This document shows positions 5,646 to 14,129 of a DNA stretch of 64,000 bases, one piece after another. This DNA comes from a virus. The notes under the pieces are model-generated. The model searched no databases. It saw nothing but the letters and a program-made list of their open reading frames with translations, and had not been told where the DNA came from. The stretch is from the IMG/VR virus record IMGVR_UViG_3300037755_000476; one strand, 5' to 3'. Made by a program: the position numbers and the translations under genes. The stretch's first letter is position 1, and each line of letters starts with the position of its first letter.

Positions 5646-5716
5646 ACGCCCGTAGTTCAGCGGAAGAATACCAAGCTACGAACTTGGAGACGGGGTTTCG
5701 AATACTCCCGGGCGTT
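5646..5716 (+). tRNA. tRNA-Arg(ACG)
   Basis: ccaag-ctACGaa-cttgg. Confidence 0.92.
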
Positions 5717-5854
5717 CTATACCAATTTCGTACTATTGGGCGTCTTGAAAGAGAGGGCGTCCTTTATCTTTGAATCCTTCCTTCTGTACAGCCTCGCTAC
5801 CTTTTTATTGGGGTCGGAGGCCTTTTCCGATATTTTATGTTTTCTGTAGTTCAT
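5717..5854 (-). CDS. Small basic protein (MNYRKHKIS...KIKDALSFKTPNSTKLV, 45 aa), convergent on tRNA block 3
   Basis: Manual translation; stop codon abuts the tRNA-Arg 3' end. Confidence 0.5.
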   Translation of the reverse strand: MNYRKHKISEKASDPNKKVARLYRRKDSKIKDALSFKTPNSTKLV

Positions 5855-5891
5855 AGTTGCAAGGTAATGATTTTTTTGTTATATTGTATTC

Positions 5892-6386
5892 ATGATAAAA
5901 GGATTTATATTACTCGCCCTTACACTGACCGTCTTCGGTTTCACCTTCGACCACGGCCCCATTAACTACGTCCAAGAACAAAAGATGGGAAGGCCCCACG
6001 TAGAGGCTCGACTACTGAAATACTTTAATGAGCTGGACTCTATCTACGTCTCCAAAGGCATCGTAATAGGCTACTCCAAGGTATCCAGCATACAGAGTAT
6101 GGACTCACTCCCGTACGACCCGGTGTTGCAAGGAAAGTCTTTGGAAGGCCTGTATAATAAGCACACAAATCAAGTGTACATAAACACCTATCAATTGGAT
6201 GCCTTTTTTAAGGGCAAGTACAAAGAGAAGATTTTGCTTATAATGGCACATGAGGTAGGCCACTCACAAGGTATGGGCCACTCTAATGACACCACTTCCA
6301 TAATGCACTACAGTAGTAAGTACGTTTTGGCCCTGCTGGATAACAATAAAATTGAGGACCTTGTGAGCGAGATGTATTTAAATTGA
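5892..6386 (+). CDS. Secreted matrixin/metzincin-type zinc metalloprotease
   Basis: HEVGHSQGMGH (HExxHxxGxxH), Met-turn SIMH, signal peptide. Confidence 0.85.
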   Translation: MIKGFILLALTLTVFGFTFDHGPINYVQEQKMGRPHVEARLLKYFNELDSIYVSKGIVIGYSKVSSIQSMDSLPYDPVLQGKSLEGLYNKHTNQVYINTYQLDAFFKGKYKEKILLIMAHEVGHSQGMGHSNDTTSIMHYSSKYVLALLDNNKIEDLVSEMYLN

Positions 6387-6492
6387 CATTTTTAGCCTTT
6401 GATATCTTCGGCCCAAATTATTTATACTATTCCTTCTCTTCAAAGTTCTACCCCTCTTCGGGGGGGAGGTTCTATAAGTATTACTTATGTAG

Positions 6493-6552
6493 TAAGTAAC
6501 TACTATATAAGTACCTATTAAATATTTACTACTTTATTAAGTAACTACTATA
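6493..6552. repeat. 15-bp direct repeat TAAGTAACTACTATA x2 in an AT-rich non-coding tract
   Basis: Copies at 6493-6507 and 6538-6552. Confidence 0.7.
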
Positions 6553-7084
6553 ATAGTATTGAAACGATATCTAACGGGGAACGCTACGCTTTAAACAAAA
6601 ATAAGGGTTTTCCTTATATTGCTTTGTCGTAACGCTCGTTCATTTGTCTTGAAACTGACTCTGAACGGGTGTGGGTATATCTCCCAAGGGTGTTTAGTCC
6701 TCTACCTCCCTGTTGCTAACACTAACACGACCCCCGCGGGCCCAAAGATGCTTGGCCCCCGTCAACTGGCCCCATGCTACAAGGAATACTTGTTTTAAGA
6801 CGGTCGGATACTTCGGGCAGTCCTACTACCTCTTTCTCCTTGTTCCCCTAGCTTTTTAAGTGGTCTGGGTAAATTGTCACTCCGTAATGTCAATAAGTAC
6901 AAATATACAAAAAATATTCTAATCACCAAACAATACCACCATTATTTTTATAAAAAATTCACAGTCCCTCATAACTCCCTGATTTACTGCACGATAAAAA
7001 ATAATTTAAAAATAATTACCATAAAGTTTGTTGAAACCGATTATTTGTTCTATATTTGCTGTGAACGAAAATAGAAGAGAGGTA

Positions 7085-7222
7085 TGAAACTAATAATAAT
7101 GGCCCCCACAGTAGACCTTTACCTCCGACAGGGCCTTGCCCACGAGCTTAGGGACATGGAGCTCGGGAGCTCGGCAGTGGTTGCCAAACTAACATATTTG
7201 TTAATAGAGTTCAAGAACTAAT
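7085..7222 (+). CDS. Small hypothetical protein (MKLIIMAPT..., 45 aa)
   Basis: ORF downstream of the promoter at 7027-7058. Confidence 0.4.
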
Positions 7223-7242
7223 GATTATAAGTTTTAAAATAA

Positions 7243-7968
7243 ATGAATTTCAATATGTATAAAGATAAAAAATTTATAGGTTATGTACGTGCCAGTACCG
7301 AGTCTCAAAGGGGGGGTATTGGATTGGAGGTCCAAAGGGAGTCCATTAATAAGTTTATAGCTCAGTATGGGGGAACAGTCGTGGCTATAGAGGAAGAAAT
7401 AATCTCCGGAGGAGCGGCAGTTCGGGACGGATTTGACCGTGCCCTGCAACTCTGTAAGTTCCACGGAGCTGTACTTATCGTCCACCGTATCGACAGGCTG
7501 TCCCGCGCCGGCTTCATGACCATAGCGAGGCTGGACGAAGAAGGCATCCCTTTTATTGAAGCCGACTCCCCTCACGATACCACCTTCTCAAAACACATCA
7601 AGTTCCTAGTCGCCAAGGAAGAGAAGGATAAGACAAGGCAGCGTGTAAAGGATGCTTTGGGACAAATTAAGGGAAATATCAATAGGGACGGTTTTCACAT
7701 CACTAAGGAAGGCAAAAGGATAACGTCCTTAGGTAATCCCCAGAACCTCTCGGATGAGGCTAGGGAGCGTTCCAAGAGGACTAGGAGGGCCAAGGCCATA
7801 GCCGACCAGAACAACGTCAGGGCGTACGCTATGGCGTCTAGGATGAGGTCGGAAAACTCTTTGAAGCAGATTGCGGATGCGTTGAACAAAGGGGGCTTTA
7901 AGACTTCAAGGGGAAACAGGTTTTACCCCATTCAGGTGTCCAATCTTATAGACCTGTACGAGAAATGA
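7243..7968 (+). CDS. Serine recombinase (resolvase catalytic domain plus short Recombinase domain)
   Basis: GYVRAST..Q, LIVHRIDRLSR, SLKQIADALN..GFKTSRG. Confidence 0.9.
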   Translation: MNFNMYKDKKFIGYVRASTESQRGGIGLEVQRESINKFIAQYGGTVVAIEEEIISGGAAVRDGFDRALQLCKFHGAVLIVHRIDRLSRAGFMTIARLDEEGIPFIEADSPHDTTFSKHIKFLVAKEEKDKTRQRVKDALGQIKGNINRDGFHITKEGKRITSLGNPQNLSDEARERSKRTRRAKAIADQNNVRAYAMASRMRSENSLKQIADALNKGGFKTSRGNRFYPIQVSNLIDLYEK

Positions 7969-8168
7969 GGGTAGATAGGTACACACTTGACGAATTTTCG
8001 TCCGCGTTCATGGAGGCTCTTGAGGAGGTGACCAGTTTTGAGGACGGGCAGGACTTTATAGATTACTCTTTGGACATAGTGTCAAGGGCCAAGGAAAAGC
8101 TTGCCCGTGGGTCAGCGGACGGTCTTGGCAGAATATGCCGGGGTGGGGCCGGAAAGACGGAAGTATAA
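7965..8168 (+). CDS. Hypothetical protein
   Basis: ATGA overlap with the recombinase stop. Confidence 0.55.
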   Translation: MRVDRYTLDEFSSAFMEALEEVTSFEDGQDFIDYSLDIVSRAKEKLARGSADGLGRICRGGAGKTEV

Positions 8169-8183
8169 CCAAAAAATAAGCAT

Positions 8184-8396
8184 ATGATAACGATTAAATT
8201 ATGCCCTTCTTGTGAAGGCAGTGGTAAAAAGGAAAATTACGGGATTAGGGAGTGGGCAACCTGCACCAAGTGCAACGGCGACGGGAGGGTGATAGAAGTA
8301 AGTGCCCATTCCGTAAGTGTGCCATACAACCAAATGGATTTGGCCAAGGATTTAGAGGATAAGATGATTAAGGTAGTTAGGGGAAAAGGATTATGA
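8184..8396 (+). CDS. DnaJ-type zinc-finger small protein
   Basis: CPSCEGSG and CTKCNGDG repeats. Confidence 0.7.
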   Translation: MITIKLCPSCEGSGKKENYGIREWATCTKCNGDGRVIEVSAHSVSVPYNQMDLAKDLEDKMIKVVRGKGL

Positions 8397-8596
8397 CGAC
8401 CAGCCCAAATTTTACCATTTTTTCAAGGGGAGACGATTTATGGGACGTTATTACAAATTGTGGCGAGCGTCCTGTTCCGCCTTCCGTGTCCTGTGATGTA
8501 ATATGCGGAGGGGCGTACATAGATTTCAGGAAACACCCGATAATAACGATAGAAAAAGATGCCAAATGGATAATAAACTACAGTCAAACCCTATGA
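8393..8596 (+). CDS. Hypothetical protein
   Basis: ATGA overlap with upstream gene. Confidence 0.5.
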   Translation: MTTSPNFTIFSRGDDLWDVITNCGERPVPPSVSCDVICGGAYIDFRKHPIITIEKDAKWIINYSQTL

Positions 8597-8760
8597 GCCT
8601 AGATATATCCAGATTGATAGACAAGAGCCCTAAGCAGCTCTCCCAGATAAAGACGATGCTGTTGTCCAAATGTAATTTTACGGACGCCGAAACGGTAGAG
8701 GGGTACATAAGACACTGTATTACCACGAACAAGGTAGTCAAGGGCATACTTAATTCGTGA
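8593..8760 (+). CDS. Hypothetical protein (MSLDISRLID...)
   Basis: ATG overlapping the previous stop. Confidence 0.45.
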   Translation: MSLDISRLIDKSPKQLSQIKTMLLSKCNFTDAETVEGYIRHCITTNKVVKGILNS

Positions 8761-8826
8761 TAGGGGTCAAAACCTATTAAAATAGATTTGCTATCTTTGT
8801 TGTGTAACAAATAAAAACACATAATA

Positions 8827-9369
8827 ATGGCAAAAGGAATAGCGGCATTGGCCTATCTACCACAAGTGGATTTAGTACTTCCGACAGGTAACGCGGCAGC
8901 GTCCGTAGAGGCGTTCAGGGGGCTGGCCAACAAGATTGCGCAGTTCCAGTCCGAATCAAGGGCTGACGGGACGTACAACGCGGAAGTGGCGGTAGGGAAC
9001 AACCCCTTTGATAAATCCGTATGGAACATAGTAATCTCCGGTTCAGGGGAGACCTATACATGTACGTTCGTATCCGAGGTATCCAGTCAAGACTTGGGAG
9101 TGGGGCTTGCTGCCCTGTCAACAAGACGTGCAGTTGATATCTTAAAGACCAGCACAGTTAATAACTGTACCATGAGGTCTTTCTTGGCAGTGCTCAGTTT
9201 TATCGAGCAAGTAGAGGACAGGGTGGCCAAATCAGGTTCGGGAGCTACCGGTGACGCTACGTATACAGCAGTTCCTGTAAGGGGCTCCACTCCTTTCAAA
9301 ACATACGAATGGACCGTTGTTAAACTAGCGGACCTGTACACACTAACAACAACAGCAAACTCAAACTAA
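8827..9369 (+). CDS. Probable virion structural protein, paralog of 9371-10225
   Basis: Shared ALxYLP..., PF..xWxV and YTLT motifs; promoter at 8792-8799. Confidence 0.6.
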   Translation: MAKGIAALAYLPQVDLVLPTGNAAASVEAFRGLANKIAQFQSESRADGTYNAEVAVGNNPFDKSVWNIVISGSGETYTCTFVSEVSSQDLGVGLAALSTRRAVDILKTSTVNNCTMRSFLAVLSFIEQVEDRVAKSGSGATGDATYTAVPVRGSTPFKTYEWTVVKLADLYTLTTTANSN

Positions 9370-9370
9370 G

Positions 9371-10225
9371 ATGGCACTAAAACAAAATGCACTGACCTAC
9401 TTACCGGCCATAAACATAGAAGCCCCTTCCGGTGATTCCGTGGCGATAGAGAGCCTTAAAGGCGCACTTTATAAAATTGCAGAGATGCAGAAGGATGAGG
9501 TTGCGGACGGGGCCTATACCAATGTAAAAGGGGCTTCCGCAGACCCGTTCAACAGCTCTTTATGGGATGTGACTATAGATACCGGAACCTACACACTGGC
9601 ATTCGTATCCGAGATAATTACACCCAATTCCGGACTATATAAAAATCCGGCCCTATCGGCCAGAAGGCCTTTGGATATTGAAATAGTTGCAAATGCAAAT
9701 GCCCACACCGTCAGGTCGGCCCTAGCTGCACTTAAGTTCGTGGACAAGTTGGAGGACATAGCAGCCGTTTCTGGATTCGCCTCTGGGACAGTTACACTGG
9801 CCACAGCTTTGGCCGACGACACTGTTACCATAAACGGATTGGTCTATACCGCAGTTACTGGGGCTAAGGCAGATAATACGGAATTTTCAATAGACGGTAC
9901 CGATACTGTGGATGCGGCCGATTTAGCCGACTCTATAAACAATGATGATAGAGAGGGTACTCTAGGGGACGTATCGGCAACCTCAGCACTTGGAGTGGTT
10001 ACAATCACTACTACCGTATCTGGCGAGGCCGGCAATGCCGTAACTTTGGCAGAAGATACCGGCGACACTACTATCTCCGTATCCGGGGCTACCCTTACAG
10101 GCGGAGGTGGCGACGCAGTATACACAGACGTAACGTTAAAGGGCTTCACTCCCTTCGAAACATTTGTATGGGACATCGAAAAGGCCGGGGACGTATACAC
10201 ACTGACCCCTACCGCAGATTCCTAA
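9371..10225 (+). CDS. Probable virion structural protein with an inserted T/G/A-rich beta domain
   Basis: Paralog of upstream gene; insert TVTINGLVYT...ATLTGGG resembles phage fibre/sheath-type domains. Confidence 0.6.
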   Translation: MALKQNALTYLPAINIEAPSGDSVAIESLKGALYKIAEMQKDEVADGAYTNVKGASADPFNSSLWDVTIDTGTYTLAFVSEIITPNSGLYKNPALSARRPLDIEIVANANAHTVRSALAALKFVDKLEDIAAVSGFASGTVTLATALADDTVTINGLVYTAVTGAKADNTEFSIDGTDTVDAADLADSINNDDREGTLGDVSATSALGVVTITTTVSGEAGNAVTLAEDTGDTTISVSGATLTGGGGDAVYTDVTLKGFTPFETFVWDIEKAGDVYTLTPTADS

Positions 10226-10256
10226 TCTATTTTTAAACTTACTATTTATTTTTTAC

Positions 10257-10289
10257 AAAGCCTCCGATATAAACGGGGGCTTTTTATTT
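10257..10289 (+). terminator. Intrinsic terminator
   Basis: aaagcctcc/gggggcttt plus T run. Confidence 0.8.
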
Positions 10290-10324
10290 GGAGGTTATAA
10301 ATATTTTTACTATCTTCGCATGAA

Positions 10325-10879
10325 ATGGAACTGGAAGATAGGCTTAATAAAAGAAGGAGGTACGAAGGGTTCATACACGAAAGTGTGGAGAAGGATATTT
10401 TATTTAAAAGGATGCCGTTAAAAAAACAAAAAGCTTACAAGCAAAAGGTAAGGGTCTCTAACATGGAGTACAACTTTTTGCAGTACCTGCCATTAATAAA
10501 GTTTTGGGCTAAAAGGAACTATAGTATTACCTCGAGAAACCTAGACATACTTTTCTACCTGTACCCCCTTCACATATTTACGGCAGGGCAGTTTAATAGG
10601 GCATTGAAGGAGATGGGAGTAAACGAGTACAGTCTTTTAAGGAAGATTAAGGAGGATGGCTGGGTGTCCCTGTGGAACAAAAGCGGGTCGAAGAGCTATT
10701 ACGTACTTAGTCATAAAGGCAACGAGCTTGTGAAGAAGATACACAGGATGTGCATGTTGGAAGAGGAGATACCGATGAGTGATAGGAGGAATGTAATAGT
10801 GAGGAGTAGGAGCAAGAGGGACCAGCAGTTGGTAGATTTGTTTAAAGTGTTTAACGAAAAGGTAAGGAACAGCGGTTAA
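10325..10879 (+). CDS. Hypothetical protein, possible winged-helix
   Basis: YYVLSHKGNELV resembles a wHTH wing motif. Confidence 0.6.
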   Translation: MELEDRLNKRRRYEGFIHESVEKDILFKRMPLKKQKAYKQKVRVSNMEYNFLQYLPLIKFWAKRNYSITSRNLDILFYLYPLHIFTAGQFNRALKEMGVNEYSLLRKIKEDGWVSLWNKSGSKSYYVLSHKGNELVKKIHRMCMLEEEIPMSDRRNVIVRSRSKRDQQLVDLFKVFNEKVRNSG

Positions 10880-10888
10880 ATAATCAAT

Positions 10889-11062
10889 ATGGAAAAAATG
10901 AAAGGATTTGGAAAGCAGTACGTAATGAATTTAGAGGAAGGTAAAGAAGGTCCGGATGGAATAATTCCAATCGATTGGAATGAGCTGGACGACCCCAACC
11001 TTTTTCCAAAAAGCGAAGGGATTATCGGAATTTCTCCGCCCTCGTACACAGCAACGAATTGA
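10889..11062 (+). CDS. Small acidic hypothetical protein (57 aa)
   Basis: Manual translation. Confidence 0.45.
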   Translation: MEKMKGFGKQYVMNLEEGKEGPDGIIPIDWNELDDPNLFPKSEGIIGISPPSYTATN

Positions 11063-11155
11063 CCGAGCCTCAGCGAAGGTCATTGTACGGGTACGAAGTA
11101 ATAATTACCAAAGGGGGTCTTTTAGATTCCCTTTTTTTATTGTATATTTGTAACC

Positions 11156-11704
11156 ATGGAATCAGTATATTACTTATACAGGCACATAAGAAAAGATACA
11201 GGAAAACCTTTTTATATAGGAGTAGGCACTGAGCCCAAAACTAACACGAGATTGTATAGTACTTTATATGCCAGAGCATTCTCTACTAGGCAAAGAGGCC
11301 GACATTGGGAAAATATTTATAAAAAGTGCGGAAGGGATGTAGAGATAATGTACGAAACTTGCTGTAAAGAAGAGATAATAGAAAAAGAAAAAGAATTTAT
11401 AAGCTTGTACGGATTATCTTTCGAAGGAGGATTATTGTGTAACTATGCAAGGGGAGGTCAGGGTATTGGGGGAAGATATATGTCAAAAGAGACTAAGCGG
11501 AAGATAGGAGAAGCTCAAAGAGGGGGTAAAAATCGTGCAGCTATAAAAGTAGTTAATGTAAAGACAGGAGAGTGTTATAACTCTATTATAGAGGCTTTTT
11601 ACACTACAGAGGGATTTAGCTACGCACACTTTAAGAAAATGTTAAAAGGAACAAGAACTAATAAAACAGATTTTATATATGGCCCCCCCAAAAAAGAAAA
11701 TTAA
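11156..11704 (+). CDS. GIY-YIG-like homing endonuclease with NUMOD3/NUMOD1-like tail
   Basis: YYLYRH..KPFYIG..RA; MSKETKRKIGEAQ; own promoter at 11143-11150. Confidence 0.8.
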   Translation: MESVYYLYRHIRKDTGKPFYIGVGTEPKTNTRLYSTLYARAFSTRQRGRHWENIYKKCGRDVEIMYETCCKEEIIEKEKEFISLYGLSFEGGLLCNYARGGQGIGGRYMSKETKRKIGEAQRGGKNRAAIKVVNVKTGECYNSIIEAFYTTEGFSYAHFKKMLKGTRTNKTDFIYGPPKKEN

Positions 11705-11978
11705 AGATTTAAGCGCTTCGGCGAAATATTATAGAGATAATCCGGCAGCAAGGCGTACTAAGGCTGCAACGGATAAAAAGGTCAATGCTAGACCTGAACA
11801 AAAGAAAAAAAGGTCTGAGGCTGGCTCGGCAAGGTATGCAGCTAAAAAAAACGGTAAGAATGTTACGGGGAAAGACGCATCCCATACTAGTAGAGGAATA
11901 GTTTTTAAAGACAGCTCAAAAAATAGAGGGTCTAAATCAGATTCCAATGGGGACAAAAGGGCAAGAGGTAAAAAATAA
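11679..11978 (+). CDS. Basic hypothetical protein
   Basis: 99-aa K/R-rich ORF with a GKDASH motif. Confidence 0.65.
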   Translation: MAPPKKKIKDLSASAKYYRDNPAARRTKAATDKKVNARPEQKKKRSEAGSARYAAKKNGKNVTGKDASHTSRGIVFKDSSKNRGSKSDSNGDKRARGKK

Positions 11979-12000
11979 ACAATAAACACACTAAATAACT

Positions 12001-12387
12001 ATGAACTTCGAAGACCTAAAAGACTATATCATACCCGCAATCACGGCGGTAGTGGCTTGGTTCAGCAAGGGTAAAATATTACATACCCTAAACCTTAAGA
12101 GGGAAGAAAAAGACCAAGAAAGTATTTCATTGGATAATCTCCAAAAGAAAGTTGACATCTATCAAGAGATGCTCACCGATTTGCCCAACAGGTACAAGCA
12201 ACAGATAACCGACTTGGAGCAATCTTTTAAAAATTCCATGATAAGACTGGAGGAGGAGATAGGACATCTTAGGGTAATAAACCAAGAACTAAAGGAGATA
12301 GTACAAGAACAGAAGGCTTTTATAGCAAAACAAAGCTCAAGTCTGGCATACTACGAAAGGAAGTACGGGACTATAGTAAAGAACTAG
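12001..12387 (+). CDS. Holin-like / membrane-anchored coiled-coil protein
   Basis: N-terminal hydrophobic helix; lies before the endolysin. Confidence 0.55.
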   Translation: MNFEDLKDYIIPAITAVVAWFSKGKILHTLNLKREEKDQESISLDNLQKKVDIYQEMLTDLPNRYKQQITDLEQSFKNSMIRLEEEIGHLRVINQELKEIVQEQKAFIAKQSSSLAYYERKYGTIVKN

Positions 12388-12391
12388 AAAG

Positions 12392-13021
12392 ATGAAGGTA
12401 AGGAATATAATACTCGACCCGGGCCATGGCGGGATAGATAGTTCCGGAAGATATACCACCGCTCCGGACAAAATGTTCAAGCACGATAATGGAGAGGTAG
12501 CCTACGAGGGAAAGATAAACAGGGAGATAAGTAAGCACTTGTACGACTTTTTAATAGATTGCAGTACTTGTAGGGTACTTTTTACCGTAAGACCGGAAGA
12601 CCCTAAGGACGTGCCTCTATACAAAAGGGTTTCTTTTTCTAACGACTACAACGAAAACGAGACTATTTACATATCTATACACTGCAACGCCTCCCCTAGC
12701 CACAACGCTACGGGGTTTGAGATATTTACTACAGAAGGAGAAACAGAGAGCGACTTCTTGGCAGAGGACATAGCGGATTCAGTTGAGGGACTATATAAAG
12801 AAATGAGCTTGAAGTTGAGGTACGACCTATCCGACGGGGACAAGGACAAAGAGGCCAGTTTTAAAGTAATAAGGGAAACAAACTGCCCTGCCGTACTTTT
12901 GGAGATATTATTTTTCGATAACTATTCCGACTTTTTAAAATTAAGAGACGTTAGTTTTCAAAAAAAGGTAGCCGAGAAAATAGGTCAGGGAGTAATAAAT
13001 TATATCGATGGAAGAAGTTAA
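12392..13021 (+). CDS. Endolysin, N-acetylmuramoyl-L-alanine amidase (Amidase_3)
   Basis: ILDPGHGG, EG..N, ISIHCNA, PAVLLE motifs. Confidence 0.92.
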   Translation: MKVRNIILDPGHGGIDSSGRYTTAPDKMFKHDNGEVAYEGKINREISKHLYDFLIDCSTCRVLFTVRPEDPKDVPLYKRVSFSNDYNENETIYISIHCNASPSHNATGFEIFTTEGETESDFLAEDIADSVEGLYKEMSLKLRYDLSDGDKDKEASFKVIRETNCPAVLLEILFFDNYSDFLKLRDVSFQKKVAEKIGQGVINYIDGRS

Positions 13022-13616
13022 AAAGTATATTAAATACCTCCCTTGGGCCATAGCTAGCGTTCTGGCGATACTTATGATAAGGGGGTGTGGAAAAGAGCCT
13101 ATTAAGCAATACGTGCCCGTAGAAGTGCGCGTAGAGGTTCCCAGCGTAGAAAAGGTATTCGACACTGTATACGAACCAGTTCCTTACCCAGTAAAGGTAA
13201 AGGAGATAGATTCGGTGTATTACGGAGAGTACAAGAAATTAAGGGACAGTATCCAGAAGGATAGTATGTTCAGGGAGGCCATAAGGATAAACGAATACAA
13301 TCAAAAATTCGAGGATACCCTACAGACGATAAATGTTTACAGTAAGACCCGAGGAAAACTATTGGAACAGTCGGTAAAATATACCACAAAGCCTTACTAT
13401 ATAACAGTAAAGGACAGCGTAGAGATAAAAACACGGACAAAAGTATTTATAGGGGCAGAGGCAGGAGTTCCCACATTGCCCGGGATAAGTACCAGGCCGG
13501 TGCTAAAAGGTAATATAATTATACAGAACAAAAGAGACAACACTATATCCATATCTTACGACACAGAGGGCCGAGCGTGGTTGGGAAAAACTTGGAAAAT
13601 AAGACTTAGAAAATAA
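13008..13616 (+). CDS. Membrane/lipoprotein, possible spanin-like lysis protein
   Basis: Hydrophobic N-terminus ending IRGC; follows the endolysin. Confidence 0.5.
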   Translation: MEEVKKYIKYLPWAIASVLAILMIRGCGKEPIKQYVPVEVRVEVPSVEKVFDTVYEPVPYPVKVKEIDSVYYGEYKKLRDSIQKDSMFREAIRINEYNQKFEDTLQTINVYSKTRGKLLEQSVKYTTKPYYITVKDSVEIKTRTKVFIGAEAGVPTLPGISTRPVLKGNIIIQNKRDNTISISYDTEGRAWLGKTWKIRLRK

Positions 13617-13619
13617 AAG

Positions 13620-14117
13620 ATGGCAAGAATAGAGAATACAGAGAGGTATCCATATGACGAATCGGTCTCTGCGGACGACTACCTTATAGGGACGGACGCG
13701 GAAAATTCTTTAAGGACTAGTAATTATAAGATATCGGATGTCCTTAACTTAGGGGCCCCGGAGTTTGTCGAGAGGACGAGCCTGCCTTTCGGAGTTGATA
13801 TGGACCCAACTTTCTCTGACAGCGCAGTGTCGTACACAAAATACGGACGTGTTGTTACAATATTTTTTAATATAACGATATCCGCAGCACCCACAACCGG
13901 TTCCGGACTATTCGACGCACCTCTTCCGGAAAATTTTAGGCCATATCAACAAGTTAGGGTATCTATAGGAAATGACATATACTCTGGAGAGTCAGACGGA
14001 TTTATATTTGTTACCGTAGACAATTTCGGAAACATTGGAATACAGAACAACGGATTGTACACAGGAAACTTCTTGGGCACACTTACTTATGTAGCGGAAG
14101 AGAATAGCTCTTCATAA
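13620..14117 (+). CDS. Tail fibre-related protein
   Basis: N-terminal module MARI..Y..D...D.YLIGTD shared with 14130 and 16817; fibre-tip-like C-terminus. Confidence 0.65.
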   Translation: MARIENTERYPYDESVSADDYLIGTDAENSLRTSNYKISDVLNLGAPEFVERTSLPFGVDMDPTFSDSAVSYTKYGRVVTIFFNITISAAPTTGSGLFDAPLPENFRPYQQVRVSIGNDIYSGESDGFIFVTVDNFGNIGIQNNGLYTGNFLGTLTYVAEENSSS

Positions 14118-14129
14118 AAATAATCAACC

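Noticed and set aside
1428-5720. Theta/HDV-like ribozymes at tRNA 3' ends
   Set aside because: No trailer shows the P1-P1.1(GG)-P3-catalytic C arrangement by eye
5352-5849. ORFs 5352-5552, 5513-5773, 5580-5849 (also 2202-2384, 2561-2761, 3086-3274)
   Set aside because: They run through tRNA genes and are artefacts of tRNA sequence
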